In this document: in pieces, positions 53,932-63,400 of the stretch | Position numbering within the stretch: position 1 is the stretch's first letter | Layout: each line of letters begins with the position of its first letter | Source: an uncultured Candidatus Saccharibacteria bacterium | GTDB lineage: Bacteria; Patescibacteriota; Saccharimonadia; Saccharimonadales; CAIOMD01 | Reading direction: 5' to 3' | DNA length: 64,000 bases | Assembly: GCA_964566135.1 (NCBI GenBank) | Contig: CAZMHM010000002.1 | Span: 1,925-65,924, forward strand | Made by a program: the position numbers and the translations under genes | Notes under the pieces: model-generated | Told to the model about the DNA's origin: nothing | The model's input: the letters and a program-made list of their open reading frames with translations, nothing else | Database searches by the model: none

Positions 53932-54450
53932 CTAGGCTTCTTCGTGAGACTTAACAGCCTCTTCGAACTTTTTATCAGCCTCTGCAGCTTCAGCTGCTTT
54001 TGCGGCCTCTTCGGCTTTGTGGGCTGCTTCTGCTTCTGCAGCAAGCTTAGCCTCTTCTTCTTCGGCTTTGGTATCACGAATAGTGTTTACCGCGTGCTTA
54101 TCGAAATCAACACCACTTAAACGAGCTGATTTACCTGTAAGCTTACGCATGTAGGTAAGGTAGTTTCGGCGAACTTTGCTACGCTTGGTAACTTCAATTT
54201 TGAGCACGTTAGGTCCGTGAAGTAAAAAGCTTTTTTCTACACCAACGCCACTTGCAATACGGCGAACCGTAATACTACTCGTTAGGCTTGCCTTACGGCT
54301 TGTGCGAATAACAAGACCTTCAAAAATCTGAACACGCTCTTTGTTGCCTTCTTTAATCTTTTGGTGAACACGAACTGTGTCACCGGTTTTGACATCGACA
54401 ACCTGCGATTTTAGGTGCTTGGCTTCGACTTTTTGAATAACGCTTTGCAT
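53932..54450 (-). CDS. rplS: 50S ribosomal protein L19 with about 50-aa Ala/Glu/Lys-rich C-terminal extension
   Basis: The L19 core reads MQSVIQKVEAKHLKSQVVDVKTGDTVRVHQKIKEGNKERVQIFEGLVI...RRIASGVGVEKSF..HGPNV. An extra tail, ...KAEEEEAKLAAEAEAAHKAEEAAKAAEAAEADKKFEEAVKSHEEA, follows. Confidence 0.93.
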   Translation of the reverse strand: MQSVIQKVEAKHLKSQVVDVKTGDTVRVHQKIKEGNKERVQIFEGLVIRTSRKASLTSSITVRRIASGVGVEKSFLLHGPNVLKIEVTKRSKVRRNYLTYMRKLTGKSARLSGVDFDKHAVNTIRDTKAEEEEAKLAAEAEAAHKAEEAAKAAEAAEADKKFEEAVKSHEEA

Positions 54451-54566
54451 AACTCTATAAAAATCCCAAAAAATTAGTTTACTAAAAGATAGTCCAAAAC
54501 ACTATACCACATCTGTTTCAAATTGAAAAGAGTGCCAGGAGAGTTTTTGGCCTGTACACTAATAAC

Positions 54567-55703
54567 ATGACAATTTATGACGAGGCTATGCAAGCGCATA
54601 GGAATTTACGAGGCAAGTTAGAGGTAATATCAAAAGTTCATCTTGAGTCTGCGCATGATCTGAGCACCTATTACAGCCCTGGCGTTGGTGCGGTTGCCAC
54701 TCACCTAGCAAATAATCCTTCCGAAACTCCCCTGTATACTGGTACAAATAATTCGGTTGCTATTATTTCTGATGGCTCAGCAGTGCTTGGGTTGGGCAAT
54801 ATTGGGCCAGAAGGCGCCCTACCCGTTATGGAAGGTAAAGCAATGCTATTTAAGCAATTTGCGGGTATCGACGCGTATCCGATTGTGCTAAATACTCAAG
54901 ATCCTAATAAAATTATTGAAACAGTGATGGCGATTGCCCCCAGCTTCGGAGGTATCAACCTCGAAGACATTGCGGCACCCCAATGTTTTTATATCGAAAC
55001 AGAGCTCAAGAAACGGCTCAAGATGCCTATCATGCACGATGATCAGCATGGAACTGCCATCGTGGTACTTGCTGGACTCATTAACGCGTGTCGCGTCACG
55101 AGGCGTAATCTGAGCGATTGTAAGATTGTACTCATCGGTGCTGGAGCTGCTGGGATTGCAATTGCAAAGCTACTCCGTGAATACGCTAAGCCAAAGATTG
55201 TTGCGGTAGATAGTAAGGGCATCATCACAAAAGCACGGACGGATTTAAATCAAGAAAAACAATTACTCCTTGAGTTCGGTGACAAAAATCAGCAACCAGG
55301 CAATCTCCAAGACGCAGTCATTGATGCTGATATTTTTATCGGTGTTTCACGAGGTGGATTATTAACACCCGAAATGGTGGCAACAATGGCCAAGAACCCA
55401 ATTATTTTTGCAATGGCTAATCCTGAACCAGAAATTCTACCCGAGCTAGCCCTTAAAGCAGGCGCTGCCATTGTCGCGACAGGTCGCAGCGATTATCCTA
55501 ACCAAGTAAATAATGTTTTAGCATTCCCTGGTATCTTTAGGGGCGCGCTTAATGCTCACTCGCCAATTACCGAAGCGCATAAAATGGCAGCAGCAGAAGC
55601 AATTGCAGATATCGTACGACACCCAACCCCAGAATTAATTGTACCCAGTGCGCTTGACGAAAAAGTTGTGCGCGCTGTTTCTTCAGTCTTTTTGAGCGAG
55701 TAA
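54567..55703 (+). CDS. NAD(P)-dependent malic enzyme (short, about 380-aa form)
   Basis: YSPGVG...SDGSAVLGLGNIGPEGALPVMEGKAMLFK...FGGINLEDI...HDDQHGTA...GAGAAG are characteristic malic-enzyme blocks. Confidence 0.9.
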   Translation: MTIYDEAMQAHRNLRGKLEVISKVHLESAHDLSTYYSPGVGAVATHLANNPSETPLYTGTNNSVAIISDGSAVLGLGNIGPEGALPVMEGKAMLFKQFAGIDAYPIVLNTQDPNKIIETVMAIAPSFGGINLEDIAAPQCFYIETELKKRLKMPIMHDDQHGTAIVVLAGLINACRVTRRNLSDCKIVLIGAGAAGIAIAKLLREYAKPKIVAVDSKGIITKARTDLNQEKQLLLEFGDKNQQPGNLQDAVIDADIFIGVSRGGLLTPEMVATMAKNPIIFAMANPEPEILPELALKAGAAIVATGRSDYPNQVNNVLAFPGIFRGALNAHSPITEAHKMAAAEAIADIVRHPTPELIVPSALDEKVVRAVSSVFLSE

Positions 55704-56387
55704 TTCGCTAACCGTAACAAATGCATAGCCTTGTTTCGCTAGTGCTTTCGTAACCTGTCGAACTGCCTCGACTGTTTGGAATCGAGGTGCCGCTTGAGCA
55801 TTGTAGCCATCATGAAAAATAATAATGGCACCTGGCTTTGCAATCTTTAGGGTATGTTTAATAATCTTTGCTGAATCGACCTGAAACGGCTCAAATGCAT
55901 GCGAAAATTGCCCTGAAATTGGTGTTGGATAGCCGGCTTTTTTAACTGATTCCAGTAGCCAAGGAGTGCGGAACAACCACGGGAACCGAAACAGCTCTGC
56001 AGTAACTCCTTGTTGTTCCAAAACTTGCTTAGACTTGCTTATCTCGCCGTTATAGAGCGGATCAACTATGTAGCGATGAAACGCGTGTCGATACGAGTGT
56101 GTACCTATTTGATGGCCCCTAGCTTGCATTTTTTTAGCAACCCCCGGAAACCGCTCACAGTTTTTGCCCACAACAAAAAAAGTCGCCTTACCACCATAAG
56201 ATTCAATAATGTCAGCAATCTGAGTCGTAAAGGGTTCGTTTGGGCCATCATCAAACGTTAAAGCAATGATTTTTTTATTAGTTTTAATATGCCATGGCAT
56301 CGGACCAAAAAGATAACTTTTGTAAAATAACGACGCCCAGGCAAAAATACCAAGCAGTAAGGCTGCAATTCCGATAGGTACTACCAT
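55683..56387 (-). CDS. Polysaccharide deacetylase (NodB/CE4 family)
   Basis: N-terminal TM segment. LTFDDGPNEPFT, ATFFVVG, HQIGTHSYRH and IIFHDG are present. Confidence 0.88.
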   Translation of the reverse strand: MVVPIGIAALLLGIFAWASLFYKSYLFGPMPWHIKTNKKIIALTFDDGPNEPFTTQIADIIESYGGKATFFVVGKNCERFPGVAKKMQARGHQIGTHSYRHAFHRYIVDPLYNGEISKSKQVLEQQGVTAELFRFPWLFRTPWLLESVKKAGYPTPISGQFSHAFEPFQVDSAKIIKHTLKIAKPGAIIIFHDGYNAQAAPRFQTVEAVRQVTKALAKQGYAFVTVSELLAQKD

Positions 56388-57211
56388 AAGTGATACCTGA
56401 TTATTGCAATAATTGCGATTGCTGCGACACTAACAACTGCCCATTGAGTGACCAATATTGGCCAATGTGCCATCTTGGCTTCTGTGCGAATTGCAGGCGG
56501 TGGCCCTATTTTGCTATAACCATTCTTTTTCGTATGCCATACGTTATAGCCATAATAATATCCAATCGTCATGACCATACTATGCCAAAAGCCTTGGTTA
56601 ACGCGCCTGCTAGAGGTATACACAGGGTTCTGGAGCGTAACGTATACTCGTCCTTTATCGACAAGCTGAAGCAATACTCCCCGCTCATCCGCACCTTGAT
56701 AAAATCGGGTGTCATAACCACTAAAGGCCTTCTTTCGAAAGCTAAGATTAGCACCTGAGACATAAATAGGACGATGCGTAGCTAGCGTCAGCATCCAAAC
56801 CGCCACAGCACCAAGAGGGGGAAATATCTTTGCCCACAAAGCAGCTTTATAGAAGTAGTAGTGACCGGCTAAACCAGATGCGCCCTCGTGCGTATCAAAA
56901 AAAGTACCAATATATGCCAGCCATGTCGGCCGAAAAAACGAATCAGCATCAGTTGAAACAATAATATTCCCTTTGGCGGCGCGTAAGCCATCTTCACGAG
57001 CATGCACGACACCTTGGGTCGGTTCATAAATGACACGGGCGCCATACTCTTTCGCTACTGTAGCTGTTTCATCGGTACTCGCATTATCAACAACAATTAC
57101 TTCAAAGTTTGGTGCGTCAATTTGTGCATTCAGTGATTTAAGGCAACGGGGTAGAAAGTCTGCCTCGTTATAGGCAGGAATAATGACACTTATTTGAATG
57201 TTTTTTGACAT
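56381..57211 (-). CDS. Family 2 glycosyltransferase
   Basis: ISVIIPAYNEADFLPRCLKSL..VVDNASTDET..TDADS, with C-terminal TM segments. It overlaps the deacetylase gene by 7 nt. Confidence 0.88.
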   Translation of the reverse strand: MSKNIQISVIIPAYNEADFLPRCLKSLNAQIDAPNFEVIVVDNASTDETATVAKEYGARVIYEPTQGVVHAREDGLRAAKGNIIVSTDADSFFRPTWLAYIGTFFDTHEGASGLAGHYYFYKAALWAKIFPPLGAVAVWMLTLATHRPIYVSGANLSFRKKAFSGYDTRFYQGADERGVLLQLVDKGRVYVTLQNPVYTSSRRVNQGFWHSMVMTIGYYYGYNVWHTKKNGYSKIGPPPAIRTEAKMAHWPILVTQWAVVSVAAIAIIAIIRYHLW

Positions 57212-57216
57212 AGTTT

Positions 57217-57507
57217 CTAGCGAGTCCTTTTTTCTTCTCGTTTGCGCTGCGCTATCATCGCGCGCCGCTCAAGCTCTGTTTTGCCGGCCCATATCCCTGC
57301 CATATGCTCATCACTGAGGGCAAATTCTAGGCAAGCAGACGTTACAGTGCATTTTCGGCAAACAGCTTTTGCTTGCTCGATCTGATTAAGGTATACGCCC
57401 GAATTGCCTATTGGGAAGAATAGTTCAGGATCTTCATTCCGGCAGACCGCTTTGTGACGCCAATCTAAACGCTTGTCACTGTCGGGCTCCGAAATGGATT
57501 CTGACAT
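57217..57507 (-). CDS. whiB: WhiB-like (Wbl) iron-sulfur transcription factor
   Basis: Four Cys in a C-x29-C-x2-C-x5-C arrangement (AVCRNEDPELFFP...AKAVCRKCTVTSAC), a G(I/V)W(G/A)G turn (GIWAG) and a basic tail (RRAMIAQRKREEKRTR). Confidence 0.88.
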   Translation of the reverse strand: MSESISEPDSDKRLDWRHKAVCRNEDPELFFPIGNSGVYLNQIEQAKAVCRKCTVTSACLEFALSDEHMAGIWAGKTELERRAMIAQRKREEKRTR

Positions 57508-57534
57508 AAAGTTATTTTCTCAGGAACAAGACTA

Positions 57535-59133
57535 CTACGCAAGCACACGCATGATTTCTTCAAGGCTTGTATCACCAGCAATAGCCCGTAACACACCATC
57601 TTGTAGCATAGTCAGCATGCCGTCGCGCACCGCGACAGTTTCGAGCCCTGCAGTCGTGATTTGTTGAGCCGGCTTACGAAGTTCAGCTTGCAGATTATCA
57701 GTCATTAGTAATAGTTCTCGCACAGCAAACTGGCCTGCATATCCAAACGGTACCTCGGGTGAGCTTCCGGGTCGATAAAGCTGAATTCCGTTAAGTGATG
57801 GTTTTTCGATATGTGCGGGCAGACCATCAATTACTGTCTGTAGCCAGCGTAATGTTTGTTCGTCGGGTGTATATACTTGCTTTGAGGCATCATCTAGACG
57901 CCTCACAAGGCGCTGGGCGGTCACAAGACGTATAGCAGAGGCAAACAGCGGATTATCACCAATAGAATCAAGCATACGCGTTAATGCGGCAGTTGCCGAA
58001 CTTGCATGGTAGGTCGAAAGCACTAAATGACCAGTAAGAGCAGACTGGAGGGCTGTCTTTGCGGTGTCATGGTCACGGATTTCTCCGACCATGATCACAT
58101 CTGGGTCAAGCCTGAGCACTGCACGGAATTTTTCTGCAAACCCATTTTCTCCCTGACGCGAATCAACGGGAATCTGTGTAATCCCCTTAACATAGTATTC
58201 AACGGGATCTTCGAGCGTAATAATCTTACGTTCAGGATGATTGAGTTCGTTGAGCATGCTGTAGAGTGTTGTTGTTTTACCTGACCCAGTTGGTCCGACA
58301 ATAAGCACCAACCCAGATGGGTGGCTAATAATGTCATCAATAATTGCTTTTTCATCTGGGTTAAGTCCTAAGCTAGCAAGCTGCATAAGCTCTGGCTTTA
58401 GGTTAAAAAGGCGCAAGACGCCATCAATACCATACACCGTGGGAACGGTCTCGACGCGAAGGTTTACTGTTACTTCACTACCGTCTGCAAGTTGGTATGT
58501 TTTATTAATATGTCCAGTTTGGGCATCATCAGTGCTTGTAGAAATATTTGCTGCAATAGCAAGGCTTGAAAGCATTTGTCGATATTTATCATTTTCGAGC
58601 TCAGCAACAGGGTGTAAGACACCATCGACACGAAACCTAATGCGAACGCCATTCTCTTGTGTCTCAAGGTGGATATCTGACGCTTTGAGCCGATATGCCT
58701 GCTGCACAACGTAGGCCAACATATCATCAGCCCTAACAGAATTAAGGGTTTGCGATACAATAGATAGCTGATCTGTGGCCTCGCCAGAAGTCAATGAAAT
58801 ATCTTGGTATACAACTTGTTTTGGCGGGTCGTACCGTCGCATTAAATCCCGAAAGCCAGTGTCAGAAATGATTGCAAAGCTAACTCTTTGATCGGCAAAC
58901 CGTTGCTGTAAATTTGTCATGGTTGATTGCGACGTCGTATTTGTTACGCCAAATTGTAGGTTGCTTTGGTCGGCAAACAACGGCACAGCCTTAAGCTGGT
59001 AGAGTTCTGGTACGGGTAATACTTCGGGGTATAGCGAAATTTCACGATTTGACGTGTCTTCATAACTCATATTTAACAAACGTGCGCGCCTAAGCGTACT
59101 TTGTTCTTCAATAATCCGTGCTTCATCTGCCAT
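57535..59133 (-). CDS. pilB: GspE/PilB-family type IV pilus / type II secretion ATPase
   Basis: Walker A GPTGSGKTT, Asp box, Walker B (DPDVIMVGEIRD) and His box (TGHLVLSTYH). The start is taken at ATG 59133; the track's first codon is a TTG. Confidence 0.88.
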   Translation of the reverse strand: MADEARIIEEQSTLRRARLLNMSYEDTSNREISLYPEVLPVPELYQLKAVPLFADQSNLQFGVTNTTSQSTMTNLQQRFADQRVSFAIISDTGFRDLMRRYDPPKQVVYQDISLTSGEATDQLSIVSQTLNSVRADDMLAYVVQQAYRLKASDIHLETQENGVRIRFRVDGVLHPVAELENDKYRQMLSSLAIAANISTSTDDAQTGHINKTYQLADGSEVTVNLRVETVPTVYGIDGVLRLFNLKPELMQLASLGLNPDEKAIIDDIISHPSGLVLIVGPTGSGKTTTLYSMLNELNHPERKIITLEDPVEYYVKGITQIPVDSRQGENGFAEKFRAVLRLDPDVIMVGEIRDHDTAKTALQSALTGHLVLSTYHASSATAALTRMLDSIGDNPLFASAIRLVTAQRLVRRLDDASKQVYTPDEQTLRWLQTVIDGLPAHIEKPSLNGIQLYRPGSSPEVPFGYAGQFAVRELLLMTDNLQAELRKPAQQITTAGLETVAVRDGMLTMLQDGVLRAIAGDTSLEEIMRVLA

Positions 59134-59198
59134 ATATTGCCCATAGTATAGCAACTAACCATAAGCGCTGGGTAGTGATTTGTTATTATTAAGCTACG

Positions 59199-59708
59199 AT
59201 GTTCAAAGTAACTCTTATCCTAGAAGATATTCGCAGCACTCACAATGTTGGCAGCATCCTCAGGACTGCTGATGGATTTGGTGTAAGCCATGTCTTTTTT
59301 TGCGGATACACCCCATACCCTACTATCATCAATGATCCACGTCTGCCCCACGAACGCGAAAAAATTACTCGTGCCATACATAAGACTGCTCTTGGTGCAG
59401 AAACTACGATGTCAATCAGCGTCCACGAAACCGTGCAACAAGCAATACAAGAAGCACGAGCAAATGGCTATTCTATCGCATCACTCGAGCAATCTGCGTC
59501 GAGCACCGATATCCGTGATTATGTCCAAAACAGCGATATGGCAATCATACTTGGCAACGAGGTAACTGGCGTCGCAAATGATACACTAGATGCTAGTGAT
59601 ATAACACTAGAAATTCCTATGTTCGGAAACAAAGAATCATTCAACGTAAGCGTATCGGCAGCAATCTGCCTGTATGAGCTTGCAAGGGAAAAACCCAATG
59701 CAAACTGA
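59199..59708 (+). CDS. TrmH/SpoU-family RNA 2'-O-methyltransferase
   Basis: HNVGSILRTADGFGV...LGNEVTGV...IPMFGNKESFNVSVSAAICLYEL are SPOUT motifs. Confidence 0.85.
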   Translation: MFKVTLILEDIRSTHNVGSILRTADGFGVSHVFFCGYTPYPTIINDPRLPHEREKITRAIHKTALGAETTMSISVHETVQQAIQEARANGYSIASLEQSASSTDIRDYVQNSDMAIILGNEVTGVANDTLDASDITLEIPMFGNKESFNVSVSAAICLYELAREKPNAN

Positions 59709-60393
59709 TCATCATGCTCATCATCGTATCGGTCATACGCTATTCGCGTTTGGCGCATTTTTACTACTAATTGTCGGCACAATATTGTTACCAATCACGA
59801 GCGTCAATACTCATGCGTTTGGCGTTAGTGACATCGTAAAAGGTAGCAATGATGCCCGAACACAGCTTAATAAAACCCCGTTGGTTGCTAATAATACACT
59901 CATGTCTGCCGCCCAAATGAAGGCAGAAGACATGGCAAAGGGCCACTTTTTTGCGCATACCGCACCAGATGGCACGGTAGCTTGGGATTACTTTAAAAAA
60001 GTAGGCTACGCCTACGAAGTTGCTGGTGAAAATCTTGCAATCACCAACGAGAGCTCAGATTCAGTAATCAATGGCTGGCTTAACAGTCCGACGCATCGAG
60101 ACAACTTACTAAGTACCGAATATAGTGATTTTGGTATTGGTATTGCACCCTTTGGTGACTATCAAGGACATAAAAACACATTTGTTGTTGTCGCATTCTA
60201 TGGCCGACGTGGTGCAACCCAAGCCGTGACCGCCCAAACGAACCCTGCCGGTGGCACCACTACATTGAAGCCTCGCTTTATTAGCATCCCACCAGCCGCA
60301 CTAGCCTCTGTTGGGGTTGGCCTCATGCTCATCGGGGTTGGGTTTGAGATCCGTCACATTCGACGTCTACACAACGCCAAGCATCTCGCGTAA
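59698..60393 (+). CDS. CAP/SCP (PR-1-like, YkwD-type) domain protein with N- and C-terminal TM segments
   Basis: AEDMAKGHFFAHT..G......GY....AGENLA......V.NGWLNSPTHRDNLL...YSDFGIGIA. The start is ambiguous (59674 or 59698). Confidence 0.75.
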   Translation: MQTDHHAHHRIGHTLFAFGAFLLLIVGTILLPITSVNTHAFGVSDIVKGSNDARTQLNKTPLVANNTLMSAAQMKAEDMAKGHFFAHTAPDGTVAWDYFKKVGYAYEVAGENLAITNESSDSVINGWLNSPTHRDNLLSTEYSDFGIGIAPFGDYQGHKNTFVVVAFYGRRGATQAVTAQTNPAGGTTTLKPRFISIPPAALASVGVGLMLIGVGFEIRHIRRLHNAKHLA

Positions 60394-60401
60394 TATCGAA
60401 T

Positions 60402-63400
60402 TTATTGAAATTTAATGTGTTCTTTGCCGACCAGCTTCTGTAAAGACAGCACCATTTCGGGGCTATCGCCAACGCGTTGTGGCAGTTTAATTATCTGCTT
60501 GTCCGCACCACCCAACACAAGGACCGCCTCGTGCTTTCCGCTAAAATCATCTAAAATCGATTTCAACTTTTCTAAGGTTTTGCCATCACTCGTGTCTTGA
60601 AGACGAATGTATAATCGCTCTTGTTCTTTAGTAGATTTGGTAGTGGCAGGTTTCGCCGCCTCGGCCGCTGCTCTGCCGGCACTTTTCTTGCGCACCTTTG
60701 GCGTGCCAAGCTCGGGTTTAAGCCCCGCGCGTGCATAGGCTCGCGCCTCATCGATTGGCACAATGCGAGCACTATCAACCAGAATCTTCGCTTCTTGCAT
60801 CACAACACCCGAACGATCTAAGCCATTAACCTTGCCAGTAACTAACAGTATTTTTTCCTTATTCCAGGCATCGGCAGTATCTTTGTAAACAGTAGGGAAC
60901 ACGACTAATTCGCGTTCATCACCCATGATGTCTTCGAGTTTTACAAAAGCCATCGGCTGCCCATTTTTGGTAGTAATCTGTCGTATGTCATTAATTGTGC
61001 CGCCGACAATCGCGGTTTTGCCATCCGCATTACCGGTGATAAGTGACAAAGGGACTGCCTGCTCGGTCAAAAATGCATCATACGCCTCGAGTGGATGACT
61101 CGAAAGATAGAGACCGAGTAGTTCACGTTCCCACTGCAAATATTCGTGCTCACCAAATACACCTGTACTTGGTGGAATCTCAATAGTGAACATCGGCGCT
61201 GCTGTGTCGCCGTCACCGCCAAATAAATCAGTTTGGCCAATCTTTTGATCTTTATTTAATTTTGCGGCAATCGCGATAATCGTATCAATGTTTTCAAGGA
61301 TAGCTCCTCTATCCGCAAAACGGTCAAATGCACCTGCCTTTGTTAAACTTTCCCAAACTTTCTTGTTTACCAGTCGCCCATTAACGCGTGCAATAAAATC
61401 TGCAATAGAAGTAAATGGGCCGCCTTCTTCACGGGCGCGAATAATTTCAGCGACCGCACCATGGCCAACATTTTTAATAGCATCCATACCAAAACGAATT
61501 TGTAGTGGTTCGTTTTCTTGATGTGGCACAACACCAAACTCGTGATACGACTCATTCACATCCGGTGGGAGCACCTTTATGTTCATATGCTTACATTCGC
61601 TAATTTCAATCGCAAGCCTATCCGTATCATCAAAGTCGCTTGTCATTACAGCTGCCATAAACGCAGCCGGATAATGTGCCTTTAAGTATGCCGTCCAGTA
61701 AGCTACCAGTGCATAGCAAGCGGCATGGCTCTTGTTAAAACAGTAATTAGCAAATTCTTCGAGTTGATCCCAAAATTTTTCCATCAAAAGTGGGTCAGCA
61801 CCACTATTTTTTACACCGCCTTCGATAAATTCTGGCTTTACTTTGCGCATAAGGTCGATATTTTTCTTACCGACGGCTTTACGCAAAGTATCTGCTTGTC
61901 CACCGGTAAAGCCACTCACGTCTTTACTGATTTGCATAAACTGCTCTTGATAGACCAAAACACCATACGTACTGCCAAGCGCGTTTTCCATTTTTGGATG
62001 TAAATACGATATTGCTTCTTCGCCATGTTTTCGAGCAATAAAACTATCGATAAACTGCATCGGTCCCGGGCGATACAAAGCGACCATCGCAATAATGTCT
62101 TCGAACGTAGACGGCTTAAGCTCTTTAAGGTACCGCTTCATACCGGCAGATTCAAGCTGAAAAACCCCTGTTGAGTCTCCCCGACCAAGCAGCTCATACG
62201 TTTTCACATCATCAAGCGGTAAAGTATCAATATCGATTTCAACACCATACACTTTTTTAACAATTCGCAGAGCGTTTTTGATGGTTGTGAGGTTAGATAG
62301 CCCCAAAAAATCCATCTTAAGGAGCCCAAGCTCTTCGATTGGACCCATAGGGTACTGCGTCGAAACAACACCTTTTTGTGCCATCTCGAGCGGGACAAAC
62401 TTTACAATTTCATCTGGTGCAATCACAACACCAGCGGCGTGAATACCATGACTTCGCACAGTGCCTTCTAGCCGAATCGCCATATCAAATACCAATTTTG
62501 CAGTTGGATTTTTCTCGTATTCTGCCTTAAGGTCGGCATTCTCAACAATCGATTTTTCGAGCGGAATATGACGACCCTGTACAGGTGGCGGAATCATCTT
62601 AGCTAATCTATCGGCATCACCGTACGGCACTTGTAGCACACGGGCAACATCACGTACGGCAGCCCGTGCAGCCATTCGGCCAAACGTTACAATATTTGCT
62701 ACCCTATCAGAGCCATATTTTTCAACACAATACTGAATAACTTCATCACGCCGAGTATCCTGAATATCAATATCAATATCCGGCATGCTAATGCGGTCTG
62801 GATTCAAGAAACGTTCGAATAGCAAGTCGTATTTTAAGGGGTCAAGTTCGGTAATTTTAAGGCTAAACGCAATAATCGAGCCTGCAGCACTACCACGACC
62901 CGGGCCGAACACGATTCCATTATCTTTACCCCATTTAATGAAGTCCCAAATAATTAAGAAATAGCCGTTAAAGCCCATTTTATCGATAACACCAAGCTCA
63001 TATTCGGCTCGAGTTAGGATATCTTCCGGCAATTTCGCTTTTGACTCATCAATTGAGAGCGTTTTACTATCACTCTCATGAACGCCTCCATATCGAAATG
63101 CCAAGCCTTGATAGACAAGGGTGTGCAAATAGGATTTTTCAGTCTCGCCTTTTGGAACGGGGAATTTTGGGATTAATATTTTGCCAAGCTCAATATCTAC
63201 ATTGCACCTATCGGCAATTGCTTTAGTGTTCGTAATGACATCAGGATGTTCTGAACCCCAGCGTTCAATGATTTCTTTGGGTTCTGTCACATGTAGCGGA
63301 AAATCTTTAAGTGACATACGGTTGGTATCGCTTAGGTATGAGCCCGTGCCGACGCACAATAAGATTTCGTGCGCTTCTTGGTCTTCGTGCTTCAGATAGT

